Source: Candidatus Cloacimonadota bacterium
Lineage (GTDB): Bacteria > Cloacimonadota > Cloacimonadia > Cloacimonadales > Cloacimonadaceae
DNA: 64,000 nt
Reading direction: 5' to 3'
Assembly (NCBI GenBank): GCA_018433885.1
Contig: JAHDQK010000042.1
Coordinates: forward strand, 31 to 64,030
Shown in pieces: positions 1-9,241 of the stretch. Under the pieces are notes generated by a model that made no database searches, was not told where the DNA came from, and worked only from the letters and a program-made list of their open reading frames with translations. Numbering within the stretch: position 1 is the first letter of the stretch; every line of letters begins with the position of its first letter. Made by a program: the position numbers and the translations under genes.

Positions 1-81
1 CTTTTCCATGATTAGCTCCTGTGTATTGATAGAGCCATAATCATAGATCTAACTAATTTGTCAAGAATTATTTAGATAAAC

Positions 82-3000
82 TTATTGTCCATTTTTACGT
101 GCAATGGTCTTAGTATTGTTTCTGATTGTTATGTTTGATGAGTCGTTGTTTAAAAGAGTTAAACCAATCGCTGCTTGGTAGTGTGAGTAAATCGCATTAG
201 GATTATCGTTATTTTTGAAGGTGTTATTAATAATCTCGACGTTTGTAGCGTCGAGGCATGTTACACAACTGGTGTAACCTGCCTGTATCTGCTTGTTATT
301 ACTAAAAAAATTGTTCTTAATTGTATATCTCCCCTTACCTCTTACATGGATCGCAGAAGCACTACTCGCCATATTGTCATGAAATCGGGATGACTCAATG
401 ATAGAATGGTTTATCGGATTATTGGAAGATAAACATACAGCGCCTATAGAATCACTTCCAGTTCCAAGTTGATGTCCATAATTATCGTAGAAATCGCAAT
501 CAATAATGTGAATTGGAACGTAGGACTCTAAACCTGTCGGGAGTTTATCACTCCCTGGTATAATGTAACAATCGCCGCAGTTACGAATTGTACAGTGTTC
601 CATTGTAACATGGCCGATATTACCTGAAAGGTATACACCGCCCCCCCCCTCGTTATCGGTATCTTCAAAGATTATGTTCTTTATGGTAAGCTCGTCGAGG
701 ATATCACTGTATAAGTTCCATACTTTCAAAGCGTGTCCACGCTCATTCGAGTGTATCACGACATTCCCAATGCCTTCCAGAGTAAAGTTCTGGAAGTAAT
801 CACCCAGACCAAGTACCAATACTCGCTCACGATATGTACCCTGGTTAACTACGATGTGAGGGATATTCAAACTCATGGAAACGTCAAAGGCATTTGATAT
901 TGTATGACATACACCGGAAGACAGATCTTTATCAACAAACACAATCTGTTGTGGGGCAGTCAAGTCTATATATCCAATATCTGCATTACCTATGATATCT
1001 ATTACAGCGCTAACTACCTTTTCATAATATATCGCGTCGGCATGTTTGATCTCATAGGCACAAGTATTAACATAATAGTTATCAAATTGAAATGACCCTG
1101 ATGCGTTTGTGCTTAACTCAAATACATCTCCAGAGGACAAATTAGTAACGATTATGGGTTGATTAGCCAAGGGTTGATTATTGGAGCGTAAGACACCTGT
1201 AATGTGACCAACGATTCTCTCTTCGTTATTATCCGTTAAACTACTTCTGATCCATTGAGCACATTGGGGGCTCAATATTGTATGAGGACTTGCATCACTG
1301 GGAATAAAGTATTCATCAAATGGCGTTCGGATTTCTCCAGAGATAGCTGAACCATAGGGTGTGAACTGAGTTTGGGAAGGCTCCGCGAAGTCTCGATTAG
1401 TCATGCACAAACTGGATATAACAGGAATGATTGGCAGATCATAATTTACATTGAAATGAATCTTTAGCTTGTCAGAATTGATGATCCAACTAAGCACATC
1501 TTCCAAAACACTGTTATGCCAAGAGTCAGGAAATACCTTTTGTTTATAATGAAACTCGGTTGGAAAGTATGATGCGGGGCACTTGTCGTACCATTTACTA
1601 TGAATTTCGTCAAGAGTATAACTGCCTGGGAATCCTAGTATTTTCCACTTTATCCTTAAACTTGCAAAGTGACCGTTATCCTCAATATTACCAACAGGCT
1701 GGGCTGAGCCAAAAGCAACGGCATACTTCCTGATGTTGTTTTGCTTCCAGGGGAAGCCTGACTTGTAGTCAAGTTCTTCATTATATGAACCAGAATTGTA
1801 GTAATCCACATCTTGGTTAACGTGCATTACATTGCGCGCTTCGCATGGATTCAAAAAATCGAATACGTCTTTGTATTCATTGGACCCATCAAAGAAAGTG
1901 TAGGTTGTTGACTCGGCTGTTACATTGTTGCGTACTAGTTGTCGGGCTATGGGCGAGTCAATTAACACATCAAATGTTTCGAGTAAACTCTCTACTTGAT
2001 CTTCAATCCCAGGTTCATGATCAACAATAGTGTCAATAAAGTCGACAATATGATTTTGCACATTCTCGTTGATCACGAAACCTCGATGTGGTGAATCCAC
2101 AGTTAAGAGAAGATTGCTACCGTGGGCAAATGCACCTTGGTCCTCTGCGCTGGCAAGGGCGATTCTCGCCAATACCCCCCCCATGGAATAACCGATCACT
2201 TTAATAGGTTGACATCCGAAACCACCATATTCTCCAGCTTCATCATGCTTGTTCCTTATTTCGGTCAATGCAGATAGCACGAGGCCTGCATTCTCATATA
2301 GGCTTGTCTGGGATTTTTCAAATGTCAGGAAGTAGAGATCGAAGCCATTGTCCAACAGGCTCTTGTAAAAGACAGGATTTAATCCGACGATACTTGATAT
2401 ATTGTTTGAATTATGAAAGTTGAAACCTTCTACAATTAACACAGGTTTCTTCGTAGATCCACTCACATGACTCTGATAATGCGTCAGTTTACCAATGTGC
2501 TCTGTACTATTTGAGGCAACACTTACCGATTCAGTATATGGGAAAATCCCCAGATCGTATTGAATTTCATGTTCTGGTTCTTCAGTGTACGTGGTGCCTG
2601 ATGGGTAGTATGTCTTAATCGTAACGAGATAGTTACTCACAGTGGAAGCATATTGATGGCTTACATTATTTACTGCGGAGCTATTTACATAATGCGTACT
2701 GCTGGTATAATCACCCCATTGAATCACAATCTTATTATTCACTGGGTAGCCACCTAAAGCAATAGTTACTTTCGTAAAGTATGTTACCTGGACTTTCTCT
2801 GGAAACAAAGAAAAGTCGATTGTTGGTAGGTCGTAATCAGCAGCTATAATGGCAGTGTCATCAAATGCATATTGGTTACCATGTGTAGGATCTGGGTCCC
2901 TTAAAGTGACAAATTCTGGAATGTTGCTAAGTACGTTATCTCTGATCTCGGCGGCTGTAGCAAGCAGTATCTTACCTGACACTAGAACCAAAAATACAAG

Positions 3001-3096
3001 AACAATTCTGAAAAGAATGCTCCCGCTCCCAGTCTTTAGCGGGCTGCAATCATTGGTTGCCACCTTTGTAAGGGGGGCTTGATGCGTTTTGATCAT
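82..3096 (-). CDS. Large membrane-anchored or secreted multidomain protein: lipase/esterase-like alpha/beta-hydrolase domain, CarboxypepD_reg-like domain, C-terminal right-handed parallel beta-helix repeats
   Basis: 1004-aa ORF. It has an N-terminal hydrophobic anchor (ILFRIVLVFLVLVSGKILLATAA) and a GxSxG nucleophile elbow (VIGYSMGGVLARIALA). GHITGVLRSNNQPLANQPIIVTNLSSGDVFELSTNASGSFQF resembles a carboxypeptidase-regulatory-like fold. The C-terminal third has N/D-rich beta-helix-type repeats (IIFEDTDNEGGGGVYLSGN, RFHDNMASSASAIHV, IINNTFKNNDNPN). No T9SS tail is present. Confidence 0.6.
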   Translation of the reverse strand: MIKTHQAPLTKVATNDCSPLKTGSGSILFRIVLVFLVLVSGKILLATAAEIRDNVLSNIPEFVTLRDPDPTHGNQYAFDDTAIIAADYDLPTIDFSLFPEKVQVTYFTKVTIALGGYPVNNKIVIQWGDYTSSTHYVNSSAVNNVSHQYASTVSNYLVTIKTYYPSGTTYTEEPEHEIQYDLGIFPYTESVSVASNSTEHIGKLTHYQSHVSGSTKKPVLIVEGFNFHNSNNISSIVGLNPVFYKSLLDNGFDLYFLTFEKSQTSLYENAGLVLSALTEIRNKHDEAGEYGGFGCQPIKVIGYSMGGVLARIALASAEDQGAFAHGSNLLLTVDSPHRGFVINENVQNHIVDFIDTIVDHEPGIEDQVESLLETFDVLIDSPIARQLVRNNVTAESTTYTFFDGSNEYKDVFDFLNPCEARNVMHVNQDVDYYNSGSYNEELDYKSGFPWKQNNIRKYAVAFGSAQPVGNIEDNGHFASLRIKWKILGFPGSYTLDEIHSKWYDKCPASYFPTEFHYKQKVFPDSWHNSVLEDVLSWIINSDKLKIHFNVNYDLPIIPVISSLCMTNRDFAEPSQTQFTPYGSAISGEIRTPFDEYFIPSDASPHTILSPQCAQWIRSSLTDNNEERIVGHITGVLRSNNQPLANQPIIVTNLSSGDVFELSTNASGSFQFDNYYVNTCAYEIKHADAIYYEKVVSAVIDIIGNADIGYIDLTAPQQIVFVDKDLSSGVCHTISNAFDVSMSLNIPHIVVNQGTYRERVLVLGLGDYFQNFTLEGIGNVVIHSNERGHALKVWNLYSDILDELTIKNIIFEDTDNEGGGGVYLSGNIGHVTMEHCTIRNCGDCYIIPGSDKLPTGLESYVPIHIIDCDFYDNYGHQLGTGSDSIGAVCLSSNNPINHSIIESSRFHDNMASSASAIHVRGKGRYTIKNNFFSNNKQIQAGYTSCVTCLDATNVEIINNTFKNNDNPNAIYSHYQAAIGLTLLNNDSSNITIRNNTKTIARKNGQ

Positions 3097-3232
3097 GGTT
3101 CGATCTCCTTTTTTATTTTTGCCCGCATATCACGGCGTTTTAGTAAGAGAATTATCCATCAATCATCTTCAATTCAGCAAGCAACACAAAATGTTCCAGT
3201 TTGCAGGTTCAGGTCTGAGCTGTGTATTTCCG

Positions 3233-3261
3233 ATTATTTTTAAGTGACCTGTGCTTGTCAA
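3233..3261 (-). promoter_or_regulatory. Sigma70-like promoter candidate for the 1004-aa gene
   Basis: The minus strand reads TTGACA, a 17-nt spacer, then AATAAT, about 140 nt upstream of the ATG at 3096. This is a motif match only. Confidence 0.35.
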
Positions 3262-3352
3262 GAGATATCTTGCTATGCGCATATAATATTTGAATATTTC
3301 TATTGTGGCACTTTCAGTCCATCGACGCAGAAAGCATTCTGGACAAACATAT

Positions 3353-3380
3353 ATGCCCGTCCATGTTTCAGGACGGGCAT
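3353..3380 (-). terminator. Hairpin terminator candidate downstream of aor
   Basis: ATGCCCGTCC-ATGTTTCA-GGACGGGCAT forms a perfect 10-bp stem about 25 nt after the aor stop. On the minus strand it is followed by a moderately U-rich stretch (AUAUGUUUGU). Confidence 0.5.
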
Positions 3381-3405
3381 CACTTATGTCATAGATCTAT
3401 TAATG

Positions 3406-5538
3406 CTATAAGAATCTTTTCACCACGTCGAGAACTTCCGGTAGATCCATGCCGATGCTCTTAAGGTGCTCCAAAGTAGGTACGCCATCTTTGGTCCAGC
3501 CTTTGCGCTCGTAAACCGCATCTACCAGTTGTTGATACTGATCTTCACGATACTTGCGGGTGATATCCATCTTTTCGGCAACGGATTTACCCTCAGGATC
3601 CACACCAATCTTATCTTTCAGCAAGTTATCGTAGCGATCCTGTCTGGAAAGATATTCTTCTTCGGTAACAGGGCCAACTGCGCGATAGGGAGGAATGTCG
3701 TCGATACGGCGTCCCCCGCCCATTCTCATGCAAAAGACTTTCTGGAAGTTGTAAACACGTTCGCTTTGGCGAATCAGTTCATGTTTATCCATCGGTTTGC
3801 CGGTGATGGCTTTGTAGATATCCACATAGTTTTGAACGTGCTCGGGCACTTTAGCCGGTTCATCGGTCTGGGCATTATTTGCTGGTTCGATGTCGTTCCA
3901 GGGCAGTTTGCACAGTCCTTGCAAGCCAAACCAAGTACGGAACATCGGGAAATAGTGCAAAGCTTCGGCTTTGTCCTTGAAGGTAGGAATGTGGTTGTTC
4001 ACCATATCCATGAAGATAAGCCACGCTTCATCGTGTTGAGGACCCTTGAGCGCCAGAGTGTATCCGCCCTGTTGCGCGAGGGATTCTTTGCTCATGTATT
4101 GTGAATATTCCAAGCCTTTGGCTTCCATGCCGATATCTTGCAGGAATTGGGGATCGGCGCCAAATTCTTCGGCAAAGATTTTTTTCATGCGGCGCACGCC
4201 TTGTCCTACTATTACGCCAAAGCCTTCTCCCTTTGCCATTTGATGCAGAAGTTCCAAAGCTGCGTCGGTGTTTCCCCAGCTTAGATCCAAGCCGCCAGTG
4301 CGTTCCTTGTTCAAAATACCGTTTTCGTAGCACTCCATCACAAACGCCACGCTGGTGCCAAATGATATCGTATCCACGCCATAGGTATCGCAGTAAAAAT
4401 TGATTTCCACTACGTCTTTGGGATCCCAAGCACAGATGTTTGAGCCGCAACCAGCAGCAGTTTCATATTCAGGACCGTCCACACAGACCGGCTGACCTTT
4501 GTAAGGCCCGGTGCGGGGTTTGAAATGATCCACCGCCTTGCAACAGGAAAGCGAACAGCCATACCAGCAGCCATCTGCCATGCCTTGGGTGAAAAGCTTA
4601 GTGAATTCACGAGAGTGCAGGCTTTCTGCTTCCGGCATCTGACCATATTTGAAGTTGCGAATGGGGAGAAGATCGTAGTCGTTCATAATCTCCATCAAGT
4701 GCGCGGTTCCTACCTGGTGCATCCGGCATTGATCGGCATCGCCGGCTTCGATTTCTTTGTGGAGTTTCAGCCCTGTCTTCTGAAGGGTGGGCAAATCCAC
4801 CGGGTTGTTGGTATCCACTTTGAGGCCGGAATACTTCACCACGAGGGCTTTGATGCCTTTATCGCGAAAAACGGTTCCGGTGCCACCGCGACCAGCTTGT
4901 TTCAAGCGAGCCACTTTGCGGCGTTTATCCCAAAACGAGAAATTCAAGCAGGTGATGAGAACGTTGTTTGCCGCTTCTCCGCTGGAAACCACGGATACAA
5001 ACTGTTCTTTACCCTCGCCGTCGGCAAATTCCTTGATCAGTTCTTCTGCCAGAATGTGGCTATTGATTCTCTCATCCGGGGCAGTCATGATCTTCACGAC
5101 ACCACTATCGCCATCGATATATACGATTACATCCTCTTCTGCCTTGCCTTGAAGCTCCAGAGCATCGAATCCGGCAAATTTGGTATAGGGACCAAAATGG
5201 CCGCCAACGTTGCAATCCACCGGAATCCCGGTAAGAGGGGAGATTGTGGTAACGATGGACTTGCCGCTGCCGGGGTATGATGTATTGCCACAAAGAGGTC
5301 CGAATGAAATACAGATCTCGTTTTCGGGATCGTTCCATTTGGTATTGTCTTTTACGCCATGCCACATCAGGTAAAGGTCAAAGCCCTTGCCACCCACGAA
5401 TTTATCGATCATCATGTCCGTTACGGGCTTCTCTTTGATCTCTTTGGAGCCGACGTTTACATAGAGGGTTCTGCGATTATAACCCTTAACTACAGGTTTC
5501 AGGGTATAATTGTATTCTGCTAAAACTTTGCGATTCAT
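3406..5538 (-). CDS. aor: Aldehyde:ferredoxin oxidoreductase family (tungstopterin enzyme)
   Basis: The 710-aa ORF has typical AOR N-terminal and C-terminal domain sequence (KGYNRRTLYVNVG, GGKGFDLYLMW, CNVGGHFGP, GTGTVFRDKGIKALVV, CYGCSLSCC, GPEYET). An AAGGAG RBS lies upstream, and a polyferredoxin gene lies immediately upstream in the same operon. Confidence 0.9.
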   Translation of the reverse strand: MNRKVLAEYNYTLKPVVKGYNRRTLYVNVGSKEIKEKPVTDMMIDKFVGGKGFDLYLMWHGVKDNTKWNDPENEICISFGPLCGNTSYPGSGKSIVTTISPLTGIPVDCNVGGHFGPYTKFAGFDALELQGKAEEDVIVYIDGDSGVVKIMTAPDERINSHILAEELIKEFADGEGKEQFVSVVSSGEAANNVLITCLNFSFWDKRRKVARLKQAGRGGTGTVFRDKGIKALVVKYSGLKVDTNNPVDLPTLQKTGLKLHKEIEAGDADQCRMHQVGTAHLMEIMNDYDLLPIRNFKYGQMPEAESLHSREFTKLFTQGMADGCWYGCSLSCCKAVDHFKPRTGPYKGQPVCVDGPEYETAAGCGSNICAWDPKDVVEINFYCDTYGVDTISFGTSVAFVMECYENGILNKERTGGLDLSWGNTDAALELLHQMAKGEGFGVIVGQGVRRMKKIFAEEFGADPQFLQDIGMEAKGLEYSQYMSKESLAQQGGYTLALKGPQHDEAWLIFMDMVNNHIPTFKDKAEALHYFPMFRTWFGLQGLCKLPWNDIEPANNAQTDEPAKVPEHVQNYVDIYKAITGKPMDKHELIRQSERVYNFQKVFCMRMGGGRRIDDIPPYRAVGPVTEEEYLSRQDRYDNLLKDKIGVDPEGKSVAEKMDITRKYREDQYQQLVDAVYERKGWTKDGVPTLEHLKSIGMDLPEVLDVVKRFL

Positions 5539-5548
5539 TATCTTCTCC

Positions 5549-5932
5549 TTATAGCTCAGCTATTTCCAAGGCATCCGCCGGGCAGGTCTTCACACACGCT
5601 CCACAGGCAATACATTTGAAGGGATTATGTTTGCCAAATGCGGTACGCATGGAATCTGTGGGGCAAACCGCCACACACATCAGGCATCCGATGCATAAAC
5701 TCTTGGAGATCATCACCACGCCTTGTTTGTTGACCGTGATCGCGCAAGTGGGACACGCGGCTACGCAGGTTTGACACTGGTTGCACACGTTCATCTGAGT
5801 GGGTTGAGTCTGATCGTGAATCTGGATGCAGGATAAATCCGCATTATCTTCTTTGAAATAGAGGCTGGAACAAGTGCTCTCGCATACATGGCAAGAGATG
5901 CACTTCTCCGGATAAGTCTTCAACACTTTCAT
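5549..5932 (-). CDS. 4Fe-4S polyferredoxin (four CxxCxxCxxxC motifs)
   Basis: The 127-aa ORF contains CISCHVCESTC, CNQCQTCVAACP, CIGCLMCVAVCP and CIACGACVKTCP. An AGGAG RBS is present. It ends 10 nt before the aor start. Confidence 0.85.
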   Translation of the reverse strand: MKVLKTYPEKCISCHVCESTCSSLYFKEDNADLSCIQIHDQTQPTQMNVCNQCQTCVAACPTCAITVNKQGVVMISKSLCIGCLMCVAVCPTDSMRTAFGKHNPFKCIACGACVKTCPADALEIAEL

Positions 5933-6089
5933 CGCCTTTTACTCCTGTTTGTTATTGTATTTTCACTCTGGCGTCAATTTTGTCTGTAGCAGTATTTAGG
6001 TCAACCCAAATCTTTCTTTCGTGAAATTTCCGGATTCTTGCATTCCTTTTCATTCTGACCCGAAACCAGAATAAATTTGACACGATCCA

Positions 6090-6106
6090 GCATTTTTCAA
6101 AAATGC
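6090..6106. promoter_or_regulatory. 17-bp perfect palindrome (candidate operator) in the divergent ferredoxin/aor versus FG-GAP intergenic region
   Basis: GCATTTTT-C-AAAAATGC lies about 25 nt upstream of the ATG at 6131. No cognate regulator can be assigned. Confidence 0.3.
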
Positions 6107-6130
6107 ATATTGTAAGAAAGGAGTACTATT

Positions 6131-7090
6131 ATGCGCAGGATTTGTTTGAGTTTAATCTTGGTCGCCAGTGTCTTTATCCTCTCGGCGCAAGGCTGGGAAA
6201 TGGATAACTTTTATTTTAACCCTTCAGGTATCCCCAGCATGCCCTTCGCACAGATACTCTTTAACGATATTGATAACGATGAAGATTACGATATCTGGCT
6301 GGGTAATAGCACCCGTCCGCCGATCTTCTTGGAAAACAACGGTAGTGCCACTAATCCATCTTATACATTGGGGTATGACTATCTGGAGATGATGCTTATT
6401 GATTATTCAGATATGGCGGTCTCGGTGGATTTGGATGGAGATGGGATCCTTGACCTAGTTACTGGGGGACCCTATGGGGTTTATTTCTGGAAATGCATAG
6501 ACCCGGATACCGGTACATATACCCTGCAATCGGGTATGTTCGAGGATGTAGTTACCGGGTACTACCCGATTCCTGACCTGGCGGATATCGACGGGGATGG
6601 AGATCTGGATGTGCTAAGCGGAACCCAGATGGGAAATATCAAGTATTTCCGGAACGAAGGTTCCATCTACCATCCCATTTGGCAAGAGGATAACTCTTTT
6701 TTCTCGGTAATAAACCAAACTGTTTTCTCTTCCGTGACTGCGGGAGAAATAAATGGAGACGGCTTGCCGGATGTGATAATCGGCGATCTTTCCGGGAACA
6801 TCTATTTATATCGGAACTTGGGGACATCTCTGCAACTGAGTCCTTTCTTCTTTACCGGCTTGAACTTTGGACCTTGGTCCTGCCCGCGATTGGTGGACAT
6901 GGACATGGATGGAGATCTTGATCTGGTAGTGGGCGGTGTAATTGGCACATTGGCGTATCTGGAAAATACTGGCGATGCGCTAAGCCCGAACTGGATCCTG
7001 GTGAATGGCTTTTTTGACGGGATAAATGTGGGTTATCATGCTTCACCAAGTTTTGCTGATCTGGATGAAGACGGTGATCTGGGATGGTAG
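6131..7090 (+). CDS. Secreted FG-GAP/VCBS repeat protein, apparently 3'-truncated
   Basis: The 319-aa ORF has a signal peptide (LSLILVASVFILSAQG). It has repeated Ca-binding-like FG-GAP motifs (DLDGDGILDLVTGG, DIDGDGDLDVLSG, EINGDGLPDVIIGD, DMDMDGDLDLVVGG) and ends abruptly at DLDEDGDLGW-stop. Confidence 0.75.
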   Translation: MRRICLSLILVASVFILSAQGWEMDNFYFNPSGIPSMPFAQILFNDIDNDEDYDIWLGNSTRPPIFLENNGSATNPSYTLGYDYLEMMLIDYSDMAVSVDLDGDGILDLVTGGPYGVYFWKCIDPDTGTYTLQSGMFEDVVTGYYPIPDLADIDGDGDLDVLSGTQMGNIKYFRNEGSIYHPIWQEDNSFFSVINQTVFSSVTAGEINGDGLPDVIIGDLSGNIYLYRNLGTSLQLSPFFFTGLNFGPWSCPRLVDMDMDGDLDLVVGGVIGTLAYLENTGDALSPNWILVNGFFDGINVGYHASPSFADLDEDGDLGW

Positions 7091-7187
7091 AGACGCTTCC
7101 GGCAAACTGCAAAGCTCCGGCGTCTATCTGTATAAACTGAGCGTGAATGGAAAAGGCTTTGTGGGAAAGATGATCATGCTTAAATAA
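7077..7187 (+). pseudogene. Out-of-frame remnant of a T9SS C-terminal sorting domain (distal half only)
   Basis: A frame shifted by +1 relative to the FG-GAP ORF reads IWDGRDASGKLQSSGVYLYKLSVNGKGFVGKMIMLK-stop. This is the classic distal half of a T9SS/FlgD-Ig-like tail. An intrinsic terminator follows it. Confidence 0.7.
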
Positions 7188-7206
7188 GATACCTTATATA
7201 ATCAAA

Positions 7207-7232
7207 GGGCGGGGTAGCTCCCGCCCATTTTT
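7207..7232 (+). terminator. Rho-independent terminator after the stranded T9SS tail
   Basis: A GGGCGGG(G)-TAGC-(T)CCCGCCC hairpin is followed by ATTTTTA. Confidence 0.7.
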
Positions 7233-7317
7233 ACAGGAATAATCTCGGTCAGATCATCCGCTATTGCGAAATAGTCAGAAGGGAATGGCTTTATCAAGTA
7301 TCAATCTTGAACACATA

Positions 7318-9177
7318 TCACTTGAGGTCTATTAGTTCGTAGATCTTTACCGCTTTGTTCTTGCCCTTCACTTTAACTTCGTCCAAGTAACGCACTTCCA
7401 CGTGGTCTTTCACCTGTTCCAGCGTAAACTCGCTGATGATGATGTGTTTTTCTGTAGTGAACTCTTTGTTTATGCTTTCCAGGCGCGCACCCAGGTTGAT
7501 GGTATCCCCGATGGCAGTGTAGTCGAAGATCTGCTCACTACCCAGATTTCCCACCACCGCCTGTCCTGTGTTTACTCCAATGCCGATCTCGAAGATCTCC
7601 TTGCCTTCCGCCTGCCATTTCTCCTGTAATTCCCTCATCTTTGCGCGCATCTCAAGCGCTACCTTACAGGCACTTAAGGCATGGTTTTCCAAAGGAACGG
7701 GAGTGCCAAACAGCGCCATGATCTCGTCTCCTACAAATTTATCCAAGATGCCGTTGTTTTCCACGATTATCGTCACCATCGCCGTGAGATATTCTTTTAG
7801 GATGTTCACGGTCTCCTGGGGGCTGTGGTTTTCGGAGTACGTGGTAAAAGAGCGGATATCCGAAAACAAGACCGATATTTCTTGCAATGAGCCGCCATAA
7901 CTCAGCTTTTTGGGGTTCTTCAGTAACTCGTTTACCAGTTCGGGTGCCATATACTGTTGAAATGCATGACGGATAAATCGCTTTTCTTTCAAAGAATCCA
8001 AATAGTGGCAGATCAGGCTTCCCACATATACCATCAGCAAAGCCAATGCCGTCTGCACGATGGGGATTATCAGGCTGTGGCTGCGGAAAAGATACAAGGC
8101 AAGGTAGTATTGCAGAGCGATCAGGACTATGGTACCGAGCGCGGTAAGCTGGGGCTTCAGTTTGGAGAAAACAAACCACAAGCCCAAAAGCAGTGCCAAT
8201 TCACAGATAAGATACAACCAGGGATCAAATCCGTATAGATAATCTCCCCGCATTACCATCTCGATGAAATTGGCGTGTATCTCTACTCCGGGAGTCCACT
8301 CTCCCCCAAACGGGGTGGGAAATTTATCGTGCAGTTCATCTATGGTTGCTCCGATCAGCACAATTTTATCCCGCAATACTCCGGATTCCACGATTTCGTA
8401 GAACTCGTCGAACTCGATCCCCTGATAACCAGGCATGGCGATGGTGCTATCGTCCAACACACTGGCATAGGATATCTGAGGAAAGGATCCCGCAGGACCG
8501 TAATAGTTTATCAAGGCTTTGTTTGCGCTATAGATGGGAACCTTGTGAGGTGCCACTGCCAAGTGCTGTCCCTCGATCCTGAGATGCGCATCCCAGTCCG
8601 GTTGATATACCCTGCTATTGGCAAGCGCGGCTACTCCGATGCTGAAATGAGCTTTATTGTCCATTTCCTCATAGAGGCTGTACTTGCGGATGGCGTTATC
8701 CACATCAGAATTCATGTTCACGATGCCCCAGGGGGTTTGCTTGCCCAATATCGGGGCTATGGGTGTAACAAGCTGGTCTGGATCCTGGTGAGTCTTGCCA
8801 TGCAGGACCTTCCCGGCAAAGATCACGTTTCCGTAACGTTCGGCAGTTTCCGCGAGAATCGAATCCGCTTGGGGATAGCGGGAGCTTTCGGTGAACTCCA
8901 CGTCAAACACGATGAGCCGGGCACCTGCCAAGCTGAGGTTCTCAATAAGTTTGGCGTGATATTCCCGGGGGAATGGCCAAGTGGTGTCCAACGCACTGAA
9001 GCTGGCGTCGTCGATAGCGATCACCACCACGTCTTCGCTGATGTCGCGGACTCCGCGTAGCCGGAAAAGGCTATCCTGAGCTTTGTATTCCAAAGAATCT
9101 ATTGAAGGAAACAGAAAGAGGATTTTAAGAAGAATCAGGATCAATATGGGAATAACGAATTGACGGATGCGGATCAC
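7318..9177 (-). CDS. CHASE2-domain membrane sensor fused to a class III adenylate/guanylate cyclase
   Basis: The 619-aa ORF starts at GTG. It has an N-terminal TM segment, CHASE2 signatures (VVVIAIDDASFSAL, TWPFPREYHAKLIENLSLAGARLIVFDVEF) and three TM helices. The cyclase core has all catalytic positions: LFSDIRSFT, FVGDEIMALFG, IGDTINLGARLE. Confidence 0.9.
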   Translation of the reverse strand: MIRIRQFVIPILILILLKILFLFPSIDSLEYKAQDSLFRLRGVRDISEDVVVIAIDDASFSALDTTWPFPREYHAKLIENLSLAGARLIVFDVEFTESSRYPQADSILAETAERYGNVIFAGKVLHGKTHQDPDQLVTPIAPILGKQTPWGIVNMNSDVDNAIRKYSLYEEMDNKAHFSIGVAALANSRVYQPDWDAHLRIEGQHLAVAPHKVPIYSANKALINYYGPAGSFPQISYASVLDDSTIAMPGYQGIEFDEFYEIVESGVLRDKIVLIGATIDELHDKFPTPFGGEWTPGVEIHANFIEMVMRGDYLYGFDPWLYLICELALLLGLWFVFSKLKPQLTALGTIVLIALQYYLALYLFRSHSLIIPIVQTALALLMVYVGSLICHYLDSLKEKRFIRHAFQQYMAPELVNELLKNPKKLSYGGSLQEISVLFSDIRSFTTYSENHSPQETVNILKEYLTAMVTIIVENNGILDKFVGDEIMALFGTPVPLENHALSACKVALEMRAKMRELQEKWQAEGKEIFEIGIGVNTGQAVVGNLGSEQIFDYTAIGDTINLGARLESINKEFTTEKHIIISEFTLEQVKDHVEVRYLDEVKVKGKNKAVKIYELIDLK

Positions 9178-9191
9178 AATAAACTCCTGTC

Positions 9192-9228
9192 AAAAAAGCC
9201 CGAAGCGTGGTTTTTCGCCACGCTCCGG
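9192..9228 (-). terminator. Rho-independent terminator between the OM-barrel gene and the CHASE2 cyclase gene
   Basis: The minus strand reads CCGGAGCGTGG-CGAAAAA-CCACGCTTCGG followed by GCTTTTTT. It lies 14 nt after the OMP stop. Confidence 0.7.
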
Positions 9229-9241
9229 AATGTACTTAGGT

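Noticed and set aside
1-10. A minus-strand ATG at position 10 preceded by AGGAG (reverse complement of the window start), suggesting that a gene begins here and runs off the left edge.
   Set aside because: Only three codons are inside the window, so nothing can be supported.
3466-5280. Long antisense ORFs (212, 251, 140, 121 aa) opposite aor.
   Set aside because: They lie entirely within a confidently identified AOR gene on the other strand and have low-complexity, Arg/Ser-rich translations. They are typical shadow ORFs.
8275-9060. 261-aa plus-strand ORF opposite the CHASE2 cyclase.
   Set aside because: It is a shadow ORF inside a well-supported gene, with no RBS and no recognisable motif.
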